Shown: piece by piece, positions 10,055 to 19,397 of the stretch | How positions within the stretch are numbered: the first letter of the stretch is position 1 | Layout of the letters: each line of letters opens with the position of its first letter | Program-made: the position numbers and the translations under genes | Notes under the pieces: model-generated | What the model saw: only the letters and a program-made list of their open reading frames with translations | What the model was told of the DNA's origin: nothing | The model's database searches: none | Source: Planctomycetota bacterium | GTDB lineage: Bacteria; Planctomycetota; UBA8108; UBA1146 | DNA: 64,000 nucleotides | Assembly: GCA_036125855.1 (NCBI GenBank) | Contig: JAYZTT010000005.1 | Coordinates: forward strand, 179,059-243,058 | Direction: 5' to 3'

Positions 10055-11011
10055 CTATTCCACCAGGTACAGCAATGGGAACAGGTAAATCCAGATCAGA
10101 TCCACCAGGTGCCAGTACAATCCGCCAAGATCAACAGGTGTGAAATAGCCCGGCCCGAATCGTCCCTGCTGAGCCAGAACCATCAACCAGATCATCACTC
10201 CCATACCAATCAACACGTGTATCCCATGCAATCCAGTCAGGCAGAAATAGATGCTGAAAAACACATGAGCATTGGCGGGCCGAGCACCGGGTGGCAGATG
10301 GGACGGATCGATGGCCAATCCCGGAGCATGGTCATCGCCACTGGTCGAATGCTCTGCGGAGTTTCCGCCACCATGTTCCAGGTCGCCCGCTGCCGGCGAC
10401 AGTCCCGCAGGAGGGCTCGCTGGCTGGGCTACCTGCCCGCTCGCCTTCGGCGTATCGCTGACCACTGTTGCTGCGGGTATAGCCAGATCCGCAAGAGCCA
10501 GTCGATCCGCCTCCTGCTGCTGATCTCGTACCTGCTCTGCGTCGATGACATTTTCATAGGCAAAATGCTGGCCGGGAAAGAGTCCCTCATGAAACTTCTT
10601 GGAATACTCGATGTACTTGATTCCCATGAAGCCGCCGCCGCACAACAAGGTCACCGTCAGGTAAAACAGGATTCGGTTCTTACGTCCCAGTTGCGCTTCT
10701 CTTACCGCCAGAGCCATCGTCAGGGAAGAGAACAGCAACACCATCGTGTTGGTCGCACCCCAGCGCTTGTCGAGGAAGTGGTGACCCCATTTGAACAGTT
10801 CAGGGTTGTTGGACTTGGTGACGGTGTAGAAACAGAACAGGCCACCGAAAAGGAGTACCTCCGTGGCAAGAAATAGCCACATCCCCAGTTTCCCCGCCTC
10901 GAACTGCTGCTGCATCGTATCGAAGTGGTGTGCCTGATAAGGAGAATGGCCATGGCCATCTCCATGTTCAGCTTGCTGGTTCGATTGTTCCTGATGTGCG
11001 TCGCCGCTCAT
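10055..11011 (-). CDS. ctaE: Cytochrome c oxidase subunit III with His-rich N-terminus and ~90 aa hydrophilic insertion
   Basis: GMWLFLATEVLLFGGLF, IHVLIGMG and YWHLVDLIW helices of CoxIII. N-terminal HGDGHGHSPYQAHHF. Ala/Pro/Ser-rich loop between the helices. Confidence 0.85.
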   Translation of the reverse strand: MSGDAHQEQSNQQAEHGDGHGHSPYQAHHFDTMQQQFEAGKLGMWLFLATEVLLFGGLFCFYTVTKSNNPELFKWGHHFLDKRWGATNTMVLLFSSLTMALAVREAQLGRKNRILFYLTVTLLCGGGFMGIKYIEYSKKFHEGLFPGQHFAYENVIDAEQVRDQQQEADRLALADLAIPAATVVSDTPKASGQVAQPASPPAGLSPAAGDLEHGGGNSAEHSTSGDDHAPGLAIDPSHLPPGARPANAHVFFSIYFCLTGLHGIHVLIGMGVMIWLMVLAQQGRFGPGYFTPVDLGGLYWHLVDLIWIYLFPLLYLVE

Positions 11012-11035
11012 CGTTTCTCCCGTCTTCCCGGAGGC

Positions 11036-12760
11036 TCAGCTTACCTTCTTGGTCTCGTAATTGCCGGTGGCCGCGTCATACTCCAGGTTCTCGTAATCGT
11101 ACGGATCAGTCGCATCCGGGACGTTATGGAAGTTTTCCAGCGGAGGTGGCGATGCCGTATGCCACTCAAGGCTATTGCCACCCCAGGGATTGACCGGAGC
11201 CTTCTTGCCGGAAACCAGTGATTGAATCAGGTAAAACGCCGTCAAAAAGAAGCCCGCTGCCATGACGTAGGACCCGATGGTCGAAAGCTGGTGATAGCCC
11301 TCGAATTTATCAGCGTACGTGTAATATCTCCTGGGCATACCCAGGGATCCCATCACAAACTGCGGAATGAAGGTCAGGTTAAAACCGACAAATACCAGCG
11401 TGCAGGCGATCCTACCCCAGAACTCACTGAACATCTTTCCGGTCATCTTCGGCCACCAGTGGTGAAGCCCCCCGACAAAAGCGATCAGCCCACTTCCCAT
11501 CATCACGTAATGGAAGTGTGCCACGATGAAATAAGTATCATGGATATGCGTGTCGATGCTGAGCACCGCACAGAACAACCCCGTCAACCCACCGATCGTG
11601 AACAAGAAGATGAACGATATCCCGTAAAGCATCGAAGTGTTGAGCGACAATGCCCCCTTGTACATCGTTGCGATCCAGTTAAAGACCTTGATCGCCGAGG
11701 GAATCCCCACAGAGAAAGTAATGCCACTGAAGATGATATTCATGGTGGTCGACTGGCCACTGGTGAACATGTGGTGTCCCCAGACCAGGAAAGAGAAGAT
11801 CGCGATGGACACCGAAGAAAAGGCGATGTAGGTGTATCCGAAGATTCGCTTGTGACTGTGTACAGCGATCAACTCACTGACGATCCCCATCGGGGGAACG
11901 ATCATGATATAAACCGCGGGGTGACTGTAGAACCAGAAGAAGTGCTGGAACAGTACCGGATCTCCGCCGTTTCTCGGATCAAAGATTCCGATTCCCAGCG
12001 TCCTTTCCAGAAGCAACAGCAACAGGGTGATTCCCAGTACCGGGGTCGCAAGCACCTGCATCACCGCAGTCGAGTACGTCGCCCACAAGAACAATGGCAT
12101 CTTGAACCATGTCATTCCCGGTGGCCGCATCTTGTGAATCGTCACGATGAAGTTGAGTCCAGTGAAGATGCTCGAAAAGCCGAGGATGAACACCCCGACC
12201 AGAGCGGGGATCACCGCCGTCCCTGATTCAGCACTGTAGGGAGTATAGAAGGTCCAGCCCGTATCCAATCCCCCGGAAAACAGCACGTAGACGAAGAACA
12301 GAGCTCCGATCACCCACAGGTAAAAGGAACCGAGATTCAATCGGGGGAAGGCAACGTCCTTGGCCCCGAGAAGCAGTGGTAATACGAAGTTTCCGAGAGC
12401 GGCAGGAACTCCTGGAATGATGACCAGGAACACCATGATCGCCCCGTGGGTGGTAAACCACCTGTTGTACAAATCTGCCTGGGCTTCAGCGGTATCGGCA
12501 AAGAAGGGAGTCAGAATCGCCAGAGGTGAGAACAGTTCGGTTCTGACCAGCAGGGCGAACATCCCGCCAAGCAGGAACATGAACAACACTCCGATGAGGT
12601 ACATCACCCCGATCCGCTTGTGATCGAGGGTGAAGGCCCAGGAGGAAAAGGTCTTCGTCACCGTCAGGTAACTGGGGCCTTCAGTGCTGACGGGAGCATC
12701 TGTCTGGGAAGCGACACCAGTTCCCTCACCTGCTTGTGCATCCATTTCTGGCTGACTCAT
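11036..12760 (-). CDS. ctaD: Cytochrome c oxidase subunit I (heme-copper oxidase catalytic subunit)
   Basis: 574 aa, 12+ TM. Canonical His ligands (WFFGHPEVY-like region, HHMF, HFHYV). Confidence 0.95.
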   Translation of the reverse strand: MSQPEMDAQAGEGTGVASQTDAPVSTEGPSYLTVTKTFSSWAFTLDHKRIGVMYLIGVLFMFLLGGMFALLVRTELFSPLAILTPFFADTAEAQADLYNRWFTTHGAIMVFLVIIPGVPAALGNFVLPLLLGAKDVAFPRLNLGSFYLWVIGALFFVYVLFSGGLDTGWTFYTPYSAESGTAVIPALVGVFILGFSSIFTGLNFIVTIHKMRPPGMTWFKMPLFLWATYSTAVMQVLATPVLGITLLLLLLERTLGIGIFDPRNGGDPVLFQHFFWFYSHPAVYIMIVPPMGIVSELIAVHSHKRIFGYTYIAFSSVSIAIFSFLVWGHHMFTSGQSTTMNIIFSGITFSVGIPSAIKVFNWIATMYKGALSLNTSMLYGISFIFLFTIGGLTGLFCAVLSIDTHIHDTYFIVAHFHYVMMGSGLIAFVGGLHHWWPKMTGKMFSEFWGRIACTLVFVGFNLTFIPQFVMGSLGMPRRYYTYADKFEGYHQLSTIGSYVMAAGFFLTAFYLIQSLVSGKKAPVNPWGGNSLEWHTASPPPLENFHNVPDATDPYDYENLEYDAATGNYETKKVS

Positions 12761-12761
12761 G

Positions 12762-13874
12762 CTAGTTCTCCTTCCGGGGATTCTCTGCCCCCCCGGAGTT
12801 CTGACCCAGGGACTTGATATATTCAGTCACCCATAGGATTTCTTTTTCAGTGAGTTTCACCACCGGCATCTGCGGTGGATAACCTTCTGTAATCTTGTTC
12901 ATCGGAAAGCGGATCGATTCTTCGATGTAAGCTTCATTGGCAACCAGCTCCCCGGGAGTTCCCGTGGCGGTAAAACTACGATTTGAACCGAAAAGCCCCT
13001 TCCATGAGGGCCCCACCTTCTCGGAACCGTCGACACTGTGGCAAGAGATACAGCCCCTTCGCTTCCACACGATCTCGCCATTCTCCTCGAACGGCAAGGA
13101 TTCGTCATACGAGCCAGCGACCTCAAGCCACTTCTCGTATTCCTCGACGGTTTCGTGGACCACCACTTTACTGTGCATCCAGGAATGGCCCTGACCGCAG
13201 TATTCCGCGCAGTAGAGATCGTAGATTCCCGGCTCGTCCGCGATGAACCAGATCTTGCCGGTCCTGCCCGGGACACAATCTTTCTTGACCCTGAATGCCG
13301 GTATGTACAGAGCGTGAAGAACATCCGCGGCCATCAAGGTGATGTTGATGGGAATCCCCATCGGCACATGAAGGCCCGCCTTCTCCAGGATCTTTCCTTC
13401 GGCAGCAACTGCCTGTTCAGCACTCAGTTCACCGGATCTGACCTGGTCGCGTATCAAATTTAAATCTTCGGACATTCCGGGAATCGTCGCACCATTGGAA
13501 GCGTATGAAAAATTCCACGCCCACTTCTGAGCTTCTGCGACGATGGAGATTCCATCGTTAGGCGGAGTCATCATGTCGACGTATCCACGATAGCCGTACC
13601 AGAACATCATGAAGGAAAGGATGATCGGGATTCCGGTCCAGGTGATCTCCAGCAGCAGATGGTGATCTCTCTGACTCTGTGCGTGGGCCCCTGGAGGGGT
13701 TCTGAACTTCCACATGAAGATCACGAGCAACGCAGAGATCAACACCAGGAAGAAGATGGAAACCCAGTAAACGAAGTAGAAGTCTCTATCGACCGGCCCG
13801 GCAAAATTAGAAACAGCTTCCGGTAGCCAGTAGGTTGGCTCGGTCTGTGCCAGGATCGTGACCAGTAAATTCAT
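12762..13874 (-). CDS. ctaC: Cytochrome c oxidase subunit II with C-terminal cytochrome c domain (caa3-type)
   Basis: CuA motif [14 protein letters not shown]-terminal CISCH heme c site. Start at MNLLVTIL (ATGA overlap with the sco1 stop). Confidence 0.9.
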   Translation of the reverse strand: MNLLVTILAQTEPTYWLPEAVSNFAGPVDRDFYFVYWVSIFFLVLISALLVIFMWKFRTPPGAHAQSQRDHHLLLEITWTGIPIILSFMMFWYGYRGYVDMMTPPNDGISIVAEAQKWAWNFSYASNGATIPGMSEDLNLIRDQVRSGELSAEQAVAAEGKILEKAGLHVPMGIPINITLMAADVLHALYIPAFRVKKDCVPGRTGKIWFIADEPGIYDLYCAEYCGQGHSWMHSKVVVHETVEEYEKWLEVAGSYDESLPFEENGEIVWKRRGCISCHSVDGSEKVGPSWKGLFGSNRSFTATGTPGELVANEAYIEESIRFPMNKITEGYPPQMPVVKLTEKEILWVTEYIKSLGQNSGGAENPRKEN

Positions 13875-14842
13875 GACTGAGACTGCTCTCTCTGCGAATC
13901 CGCCGCTACCAACGAATCTCCATTTTGACGGTCTCTTCTCCAAAGCTGGAAGAGGAAGCCGCCGATTCCCAGTACTGCAATGATCCCTCCCAGACGCATC
14001 ACCTTGAGAGCAGCAGGGCCGTACTGAGCCTTGCTGGGATCGTACACAAAACAGGTCAACACAATGTCGTCGAGCCAGCTTCCGATCTTGCCATCGGATG
14101 CTTCCACCAGGGCCAGGCGAAGAGTCTGGGGCTCGAAGGAGAAGCCCTTGACCGTCTGGGTCAGAACACCCTCCGGACTCACGATGAAGATACCGGCACC
14201 ATGGGCGTATTCAGCGTTGTAGTCATTCCAGCGATAATCAAAGCCGACCGAGTCGGCGATCGCCTTCAACTCGGTTTTCTTACCGGTGACGAAGTGCCAA
14301 CCTTGACGAGCCTGTGACACATCCGAACCGGCCAGCAGCGCCGCATCTTCAAGCGCCTTCACCAGCAAATTCTCACGATTTCGAGCATCTCCTGCGGAAT
14401 CACGGGGGTCGATGCTGAGGGTCAGGACCTCAAAATCTTCACCGATCTTCAAGCCACAGGAAGCGACCGATTCGATCAGGCCTTCGACTACCAGATTGCA
14501 AAGCATCGGACAGGAGAAGTAGACAGGATTGAGAATCACCGGACGCTTCGACTGAAACAAATTGCCCAGAGCAACCTGCTCTCCCGATTCGGTTCGGATG
14601 ACCTTATCCAGAGGTAACTTTTCACCGAGGCGATCATGAATCGTCAAACCATCGATGGATTTGAGTACCGGATCCAGCTCCGGGTTCAGCACATCTCCAG
14701 GTCTCACGGATGGCGCCTGTCCCGCAACGGTACCGGTCACTATCACGAGGAGACAGAGAAGGGAGGCGCACACACACCAATGCGGCCAGCGCCGCAGAGT
14801 AGTGCTTGTTTGCGCTTCATTGTTGCTACCCGTCATCTGCAT
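13871..14842 (-). CDS. SCO1/SenC-family copper chaperone (thioredoxin-like), CuA assembly
   Basis: CPMLC (CxxxC) motif, single N-terminal TM helix. Located between act and cox genes. Confidence 0.85.
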   Translation of the reverse strand: MQMTGSNNEAQTSTTLRRWPHWCVCASLLCLLVIVTGTVAGQAPSVRPGDVLNPELDPVLKSIDGLTIHDRLGEKLPLDKVIRTESGEQVALGNLFQSKRPVILNPVYFSCPMLCNLVVEGLIESVASCGLKIGEDFEVLTLSIDPRDSAGDARNRENLLVKALEDAALLAGSDVSQARQGWHFVTGKKTELKAIADSVGFDYRWNDYNAEYAHGAGIFIVSPEGVLTQTVKGFSFEPQTLRLALVEASDGKIGSWLDDIVLTCFVYDPSKAQYGPAALKVMRLGGIIAVLGIGGFLFQLWRRDRQNGDSLVAADSQREQSQS

Positions 14843-14844
14843 CT

Positions 14845-15204
14845 CTAACGTTCTCCCTTATCACCGAACCTGCGAAGCACCTCCTGGCGACCCTGGTCGA
14901 GAGGCACGGAAACCCGTTTGTTCTCCCGGTCGGTCCATGTGTACCCCTGGAGTTGCGTAGTCTGCTGTTGCTGTACCTCTTGAAGCCCGCGACTTTCTCC
15001 ACGAATCGATCGATCAAATGCGATTTCCTGCTCTCGATCTGCCAGGAAGACCAGCAAATAAACGGTAAACAGGAACAGAATGATGAAGATTGCGGATCCG
15101 TACCAGGTCGGAATCGCGCTCGGGTCATCGCCGGAGCCGGGAAGATTATTGCTCGTGGTAATTTCTGTCTGGCTCACTTCAGGCTCCTTTCTAGGCGTTC
15201 TCAA
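14845..15204 (-). CDS. Small single-TM hypothetical protein embedded in the ACIII-caa3 operon
   Basis: 119 aa with one hydrophobic helix (AIFIILFLFTVYLLVFL). Tightly packed between actF (14 nt overlap) and sco1 (2 nt gap). Confidence 0.5.
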   Translation of the reverse strand: MRTPRKEPEVSQTEITTSNNLPGSGDDPSAIPTWYGSAIFIILFLFTVYLLVFLADREQEIAFDRSIRGESRGLQEVQQQQTTQLQGYTWTDRENKRVSVPLDQGRQEVLRRFGDKGER

Positions 15205-16525
15205 AGGCCAGAGATTCTGGCATCCGTGGATCTCGCTCGGCGATCAGTGAATGGCCTCTCAGAGACAGCGCCAGGCCAATCATGAATATCCCCGCCATCC
15301 CGATCAAAATGGTGACATCGACCATCCGGAACGGGAATTCCTTGCCATCTGAGATCTGCGGCATCACCAGGTAATACATATCTGCCCATTGCATCGCCAG
15401 CATCCAGAGCGCACCGATGGTGAGAGTCAGGCGCTTCCGTTTGATGTGCCTCGACATCAGGAACAGGAACGGAACGAAGAAGCGCCCCACGATCAGCATC
15501 CAGCCCCAGAATCCCCACATCCAGATTTCCTGGCGACGCAGAAACCAGATCGTTTCTTCCGGGATATTGGCATACCAGTACAGCATGTACTGACTGAATG
15601 CGATATAGGCCCAGAACACCGTGAAGGCGAACATCATCTTGCCGATATCCTGCATGTGCTCGTCACTGATGGCACGAGTCAAACGGCCGTTCGATTGCAA
15701 CCAGACCACGATCAAGGCCAGTAGTGCATGGAACGAAAGGACACTGCCACCGAAGACGTAGACTCCGAAGATGGTGCTGAACCAGTGTGCATCGAGACTC
15801 ATCAACAGATCATAGGCAGCAAAAGTGATGCTGAGGGCAAACAGCAGCACTCCTAACGGGCTGATTCTGCTCATCCTTGAGGTACGTTTGATATCCCCAT
15901 CTTGATCCTGAGCTACCGATGACCGGTGATATCCCCAGGCAAGAATCGTCCAGATGAGGAAGTAGCAGCAAAGACGCAACAGGAACCAGTTGTAATCGAG
16001 GTATGAAGCCTTGACTGCGATGATCTCGTCGGCTGGATCAGGATGGAACCACTTGTAGAGATGCCCCATCGGGCCCGGTGTCAGAATCGGTACCAGCAAC
16101 AGCCCCATCAATACGATGTTGCGTGACACACCCTCGGCGATCCGCCGTACTACGGTACTCCACCCGGCGTTGGTCACATGATGGATGAGAACAAAGAAGA
16201 GAGCTCCAAGAGTCAAGGTCAGGAAGAAACAGACACTGACCAGGTATGGATGCCAGATACTCCATTCGCTCACAAACCCGTGAATCACAGCGTGATGTCC
16301 GTCTCCAGAGGCGCCGTGAGCTGCATCCCCTGACTCGTCATGGGGATTGGCCGCCTCCTGCGATTCACCACCACTCCAGTCAAACGCACCCTCGAGCGTA
16401 CCCAGCAGCAGGGTTCCGACCAGCCCAAAGATGGCCAGCACGGCGCCGAGGCCGATGAGCCGACCCGAGAGGCTCCCGAGTGTTCGATTCTCAGTGCTGA
16501 GGTCAACAGTGGAACGGTGTCCCAT
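15191..16525 (-). CDS. actF: Alternative complex III subunit ActF (NrfD/PsrC-like membrane subunit)
   Basis: 444 aa polytopic membrane protein following actE, as in the established ACIII gene order. Confidence 0.75.
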   Translation of the reverse strand: MGHRSTVDLSTENRTLGSLSGRLIGLGAVLAIFGLVGTLLLGTLEGAFDWSGGESQEAANPHDESGDAAHGASGDGHHAVIHGFVSEWSIWHPYLVSVCFFLTLTLGALFFVLIHHVTNAGWSTVVRRIAEGVSRNIVLMGLLLVPILTPGPMGHLYKWFHPDPADEIIAVKASYLDYNWFLLRLCCYFLIWTILAWGYHRSSVAQDQDGDIKRTSRMSRISPLGVLLFALSITFAAYDLLMSLDAHWFSTIFGVYVFGGSVLSFHALLALIVVWLQSNGRLTRAISDEHMQDIGKMMFAFTVFWAYIAFSQYMLYWYANIPEETIWFLRRQEIWMWGFWGWMLIVGRFFVPFLFLMSRHIKRKRLTLTIGALWMLAMQWADMYYLVMPQISDGKEFPFRMVDVTILIGMAGIFMIGLALSLRGHSLIAERDPRMPESLAFENA

Positions 16526-16530
16526 CTTGA

Positions 16531-17280
16531 TTACCTCCCCTGCCGGGAATCGGTCCCGGTGCCATCATCTGGTGCTGCTTCTGAATCTTCCGCGGGCGGA
16601 AGCGGTATCGCTTCTAACCTCTTCCGTTCCTGCTCAGGGATCTCGGCAATATCGACCGATTGGCTGAACTGAATCGATTTCACATGGGCGACGAGGGCCC
16701 ACCGATCCGCAGGCGGTATCTGTGTTCGATAACCGGGCATGGTGTTGATGCCGTAACCGATGATGTTGAAAATTTCACCGATCGGATGAGCCAATCCTTT
16801 TTCGGAAGAGAGATCGGAAACTATCCATGCACCATATTCAGAAACGGCAGTACGTCGTGGAACCATGCCATCGCCATGGCCAGAAAGACCGTGACACGGA
16901 GTGCAGTAAACCGAAAACCTCTCCGCACCTCGATCAAGTAACTCCGCATTGACCTTGATCTGGGGTGGGAAATCCTTGGCCCATTCCCCATCCACGGTTC
17001 CCCAGTGGTAATGCTCATCAGCGTTGAGCTCTCCACGTGCAACAGTTCCGGGAACCGGGAGGCGCATCGCTCGCCCATCGGCAAACAGATCATTCGAACC
17101 CTGTTCCTTGAACTTTTGCTGCTGATCCATGTCATAGAAGACATGAACACGCGTCGAACGAGATGTCGCATACCTAGACTTGGCGACCAGCATCGGCGGC
17201 ACCAGGAGAACCAGATTCACCACGATGATCGTGGCGATGATCCAGCCAGGTACCTCGGTATCGCGTGTTGGCAATGCCAT
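16531..17280 (-). CDS. actE: Alternative complex III subunit ActE (monoheme cytochrome c)
   Basis: Single CTPCH heme-binding motif, N-terminal membrane anchor. Confidence 0.8.
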   Translation of the reverse strand: MALPTRDTEVPGWIIATIIVVNLVLLVPPMLVAKSRYATSRSTRVHVFYDMDQQQKFKEQGSNDLFADGRAMRLPVPGTVARGELNADEHYHWGTVDGEWAKDFPPQIKVNAELLDRGAERFSVYCTPCHGLSGHGDGMVPRRTAVSEYGAWIVSDLSSEKGLAHPIGEIFNIIGYGINTMPGYRTQIPPADRWALVAHVKSIQFSQSVDIAEIPEQERKRLEAIPLPPAEDSEAAPDDGTGTDSRQGR

Positions 17281-17283
17281 GGT

Positions 17284-17874
17284 CTACTCCTCGATCACTT
17301 CCACTGCTGTGGCACCAAGACCGGTCAGCAATTCAGAGTTTGCTTGGACATCAAATTGACGATCTCGACCATCGATGCTGATGAAAAAACGATCCGCAGT
17401 GGCACGGCGGAACCGATCGCTACGGAAATGTGGACGATAGAAACGTGGCAAGCCATTGAGGAGCAACATGCCGCCGAAGGCACCGAACGCACTCAACAGG
17501 ATGGTCAATTCAAAGGCCACCGGGATACTCGCGGGAATACTCCAGAATGGTTTTCCACTGATCAGGAATGGGTAGTCGACTGCATTCATCCATGCCTGCA
17601 TCAACAAGCCGCCGGTGAATCCGGTCGCCCCGCCTCCAAAAACCAGCCAGGGCAACAACGTCGGGCGAATTCCCATCGCCTGATCGAGTCCGTGAACCGG
17701 ATAGGGCGTGTGACAATCCCACAGACGAAATCCTTGATCCCGGACTCCCGTAGCAGCCTCCATCAGGAGATCAGCAGTCTCGAATTCGGCCAACATCAGC
17801 ACCGGCCTGGGATCACTGGATCCCTCGGCAGTGATGGTTTCGACTCCTTGCGAGTTCGTCATCTTTGCACTCAT
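17284..17874 (-). CDS. actD: Alternative complex III subunit ActD
   Basis: 196 aa membrane protein between actC and actE. Assigned by position and size. Confidence 0.65.
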   Translation of the reverse strand: MSAKMTNSQGVETITAEGSSDPRPVLMLAEFETADLLMEAATGVRDQGFRLWDCHTPYPVHGLDQAMGIRPTLLPWLVFGGGATGFTGGLLMQAWMNAVDYPFLISGKPFWSIPASIPVAFELTILLSAFGAFGGMLLLNGLPRFYRPHFRSDRFRRATADRFFISIDGRDRQFDVQANSELLTGLGATAVEVIEE

Positions 17875-17885
17875 CTCCTACTCCC

Positions 17886-19397
17886 TCACGACCCAGCCGC
17901 GGAATCCTCCGAAGCACTGTCGGAGGCCCCCTGCTGCGGCGGCGGGGATTTCAAACGAGCCTTTTCTGCCATCACACCTCTCACCTCGGTCATCGCGATG
18001 AAGGGCAAGAAACGGCAGAAGAGAGCAAAGAGTGTGAAGAAGAGGCCAAACGCTCCGATCAAGATCGTCACGTCAGCAAGCTTCGGTGAGTAATAATCCC
18101 AGGCACTCGGCGTGTAATCGTTGGCAAGGCTCGTCACGGTGATGACGAAGCGCTCAAACCACATTCCGATGTTGACAAAGATGCTGACGATGAACATCAC
18201 CGTGATGTTGGTTCTCATCTTCTTGAACCAGAAGATCTGAGGCGACAGCACGTTGCAGGAGACCATGATCCAGTAGGCCCAGGCGTACTGCCCAAACGCT
18301 CGATTGATGAAGGCGAATTTCTCGACCTTCACGCCACCATACCAGGCGATGAAAAACTCCTGCGCGTAGGCATATCCCACCAGCATGCCGGTCAACATGA
18401 TGATCTTGTTCATGTTCTCCAGATGCTTGAGGGTGATGACGTCCTTCAAACCGAACAGTTGCCTCGCAGGGACCAGTAATGTCATCACCATCGCAAAACC
18501 GCTGAAAATCGCCCCTGCGACGAAGTACGGCGGGAAGATGGTGGTATGCCAACCAGCTACCTGGGAAACCGCAAAGTCGAACGACACCACCGAGTGCACG
18601 GAGAGCACCAGCGGAGTCGCCAGAGCTGCCAGTAGCAGATAGGCACGCTCATAGACATGCCAGTGGCGATTCGATCCGGTCCAGCCCAGCGACAGCAATC
18701 CGTAGGCTACTTTTCTGACGGAGTGCTTGGCCCGATCACGCAGAGTCGCGAGATCAGGGATCATTCCCATGTACCAGAACAACAGCGAAACGGTGAAGTA
18801 AGTACCGACGGCGAACACGTCCCAGAGCAGTGGACTGCGGAAGTTAGGCCACAGTTCCATCTGATTGGGAATCGGGAACATCCAGTAGGCGAACCATGCC
18901 CTACCGACGTGAATTCCGGGGAACATACCGGCACAGATGACGGCAAAGATCGTCATCGCCTCTGCAGCACGGTTGATGGAGGTCCGCCACTTCTGCCGGA
19001 ACAGGAACAGGATCGCCGAGATGAGAGTCCCGGCATGGCCGATGCCCACCCAGAACACGAAGTTGACGATGGCATAACCCCAACCGGCAGGGTTATTGAC
19101 GCCCCAGGTGCCGACACCCCAGAAGATCAGGAACGGAATGAAGACTCCGAGCAAACCGAGGACCGACAGCGACAGCAGGAAAAACATCCACCAGCCTACC
19201 GTCGGTTTCTGCTCGACGATCTGGCACACCTTATCCGTGATGGTGGTGTTGTCATTCTCGCCGGTAACCAGAGGCTGTCTGGCATCAGGCAAGTAAGCGG
19301 TATTGTCGATCTCCGGACTCTCGGCATTGCCAGTCAGTTCCGGCCTCATGATCGGACTCAGCTTGTCGAGGAGTTGCTTCATCTGGCTACCCCTCAT
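17886..19397 (-). CDS. actC: Alternative complex III subunit ActC (NrfD-like quinol-interacting membrane subunit)
   Basis: 503 aa, about 10 TM, polysulfide-reductase NrfD family features. Confidence 0.85.
   Translation of the reverse strand: MRGSQMKQLLDKLSPIMRPELTGNAESPEIDNTAYLPDARQPLVTGENDNTTITDKVCQIVEQKPTVGWWMFFLLSLSVLGLLGVFIPFLIFWGVGTWGVNNPAGWGYAIVNFVFWVGIGHAGTLISAILFLFRQKWRTSINRAAEAMTIFAVICAGMFPGIHVGRAWFAYWMFPIPNQMELWPNFRSPLLWDVFAVGTYFTVSLLFWYMGMIPDLATLRDRAKHSVRKVAYGLLSLGWTGSNRHWHVYERAYLLLAALATPLVLSVHSVVSFDFAVSQVAGWHTTIFPPYFVAGAIFSGFAMVMTLLVPARQLFGLKDVITLKHLENMNKIIMLTGMLVGYAYAQEFFIAWYGGVKVEKFAFINRAFGQYAWAYWIMVSCNVLSPQIFWFKKMRTNITVMFIVSIFVNIGMWFERFVITVTSLANDYTPSAWDYYSPKLADVTILIGAFGLFFTLFALFCRFLPFIAMTEVRGVMAEKARLKSPPPQQGASDSASEDSAAGS

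Noticed and set aside
11222-12226. 334 aa plus-strand ORF inside coxI
   Set aside because: It is antisense to a canonical cytochrome oxidase subunit I. The translation is extremely Arg/His/Asp-rich and not protein-like.
17005-18093. 362 aa ORF on the plus strand spanning actD/actC
   Set aside because: It is entirely antisense to two well-supported membrane-subunit genes. Long antisense ORFs like this are expected in GC-rich coding DNA. It has no RBS or recognisable domain.
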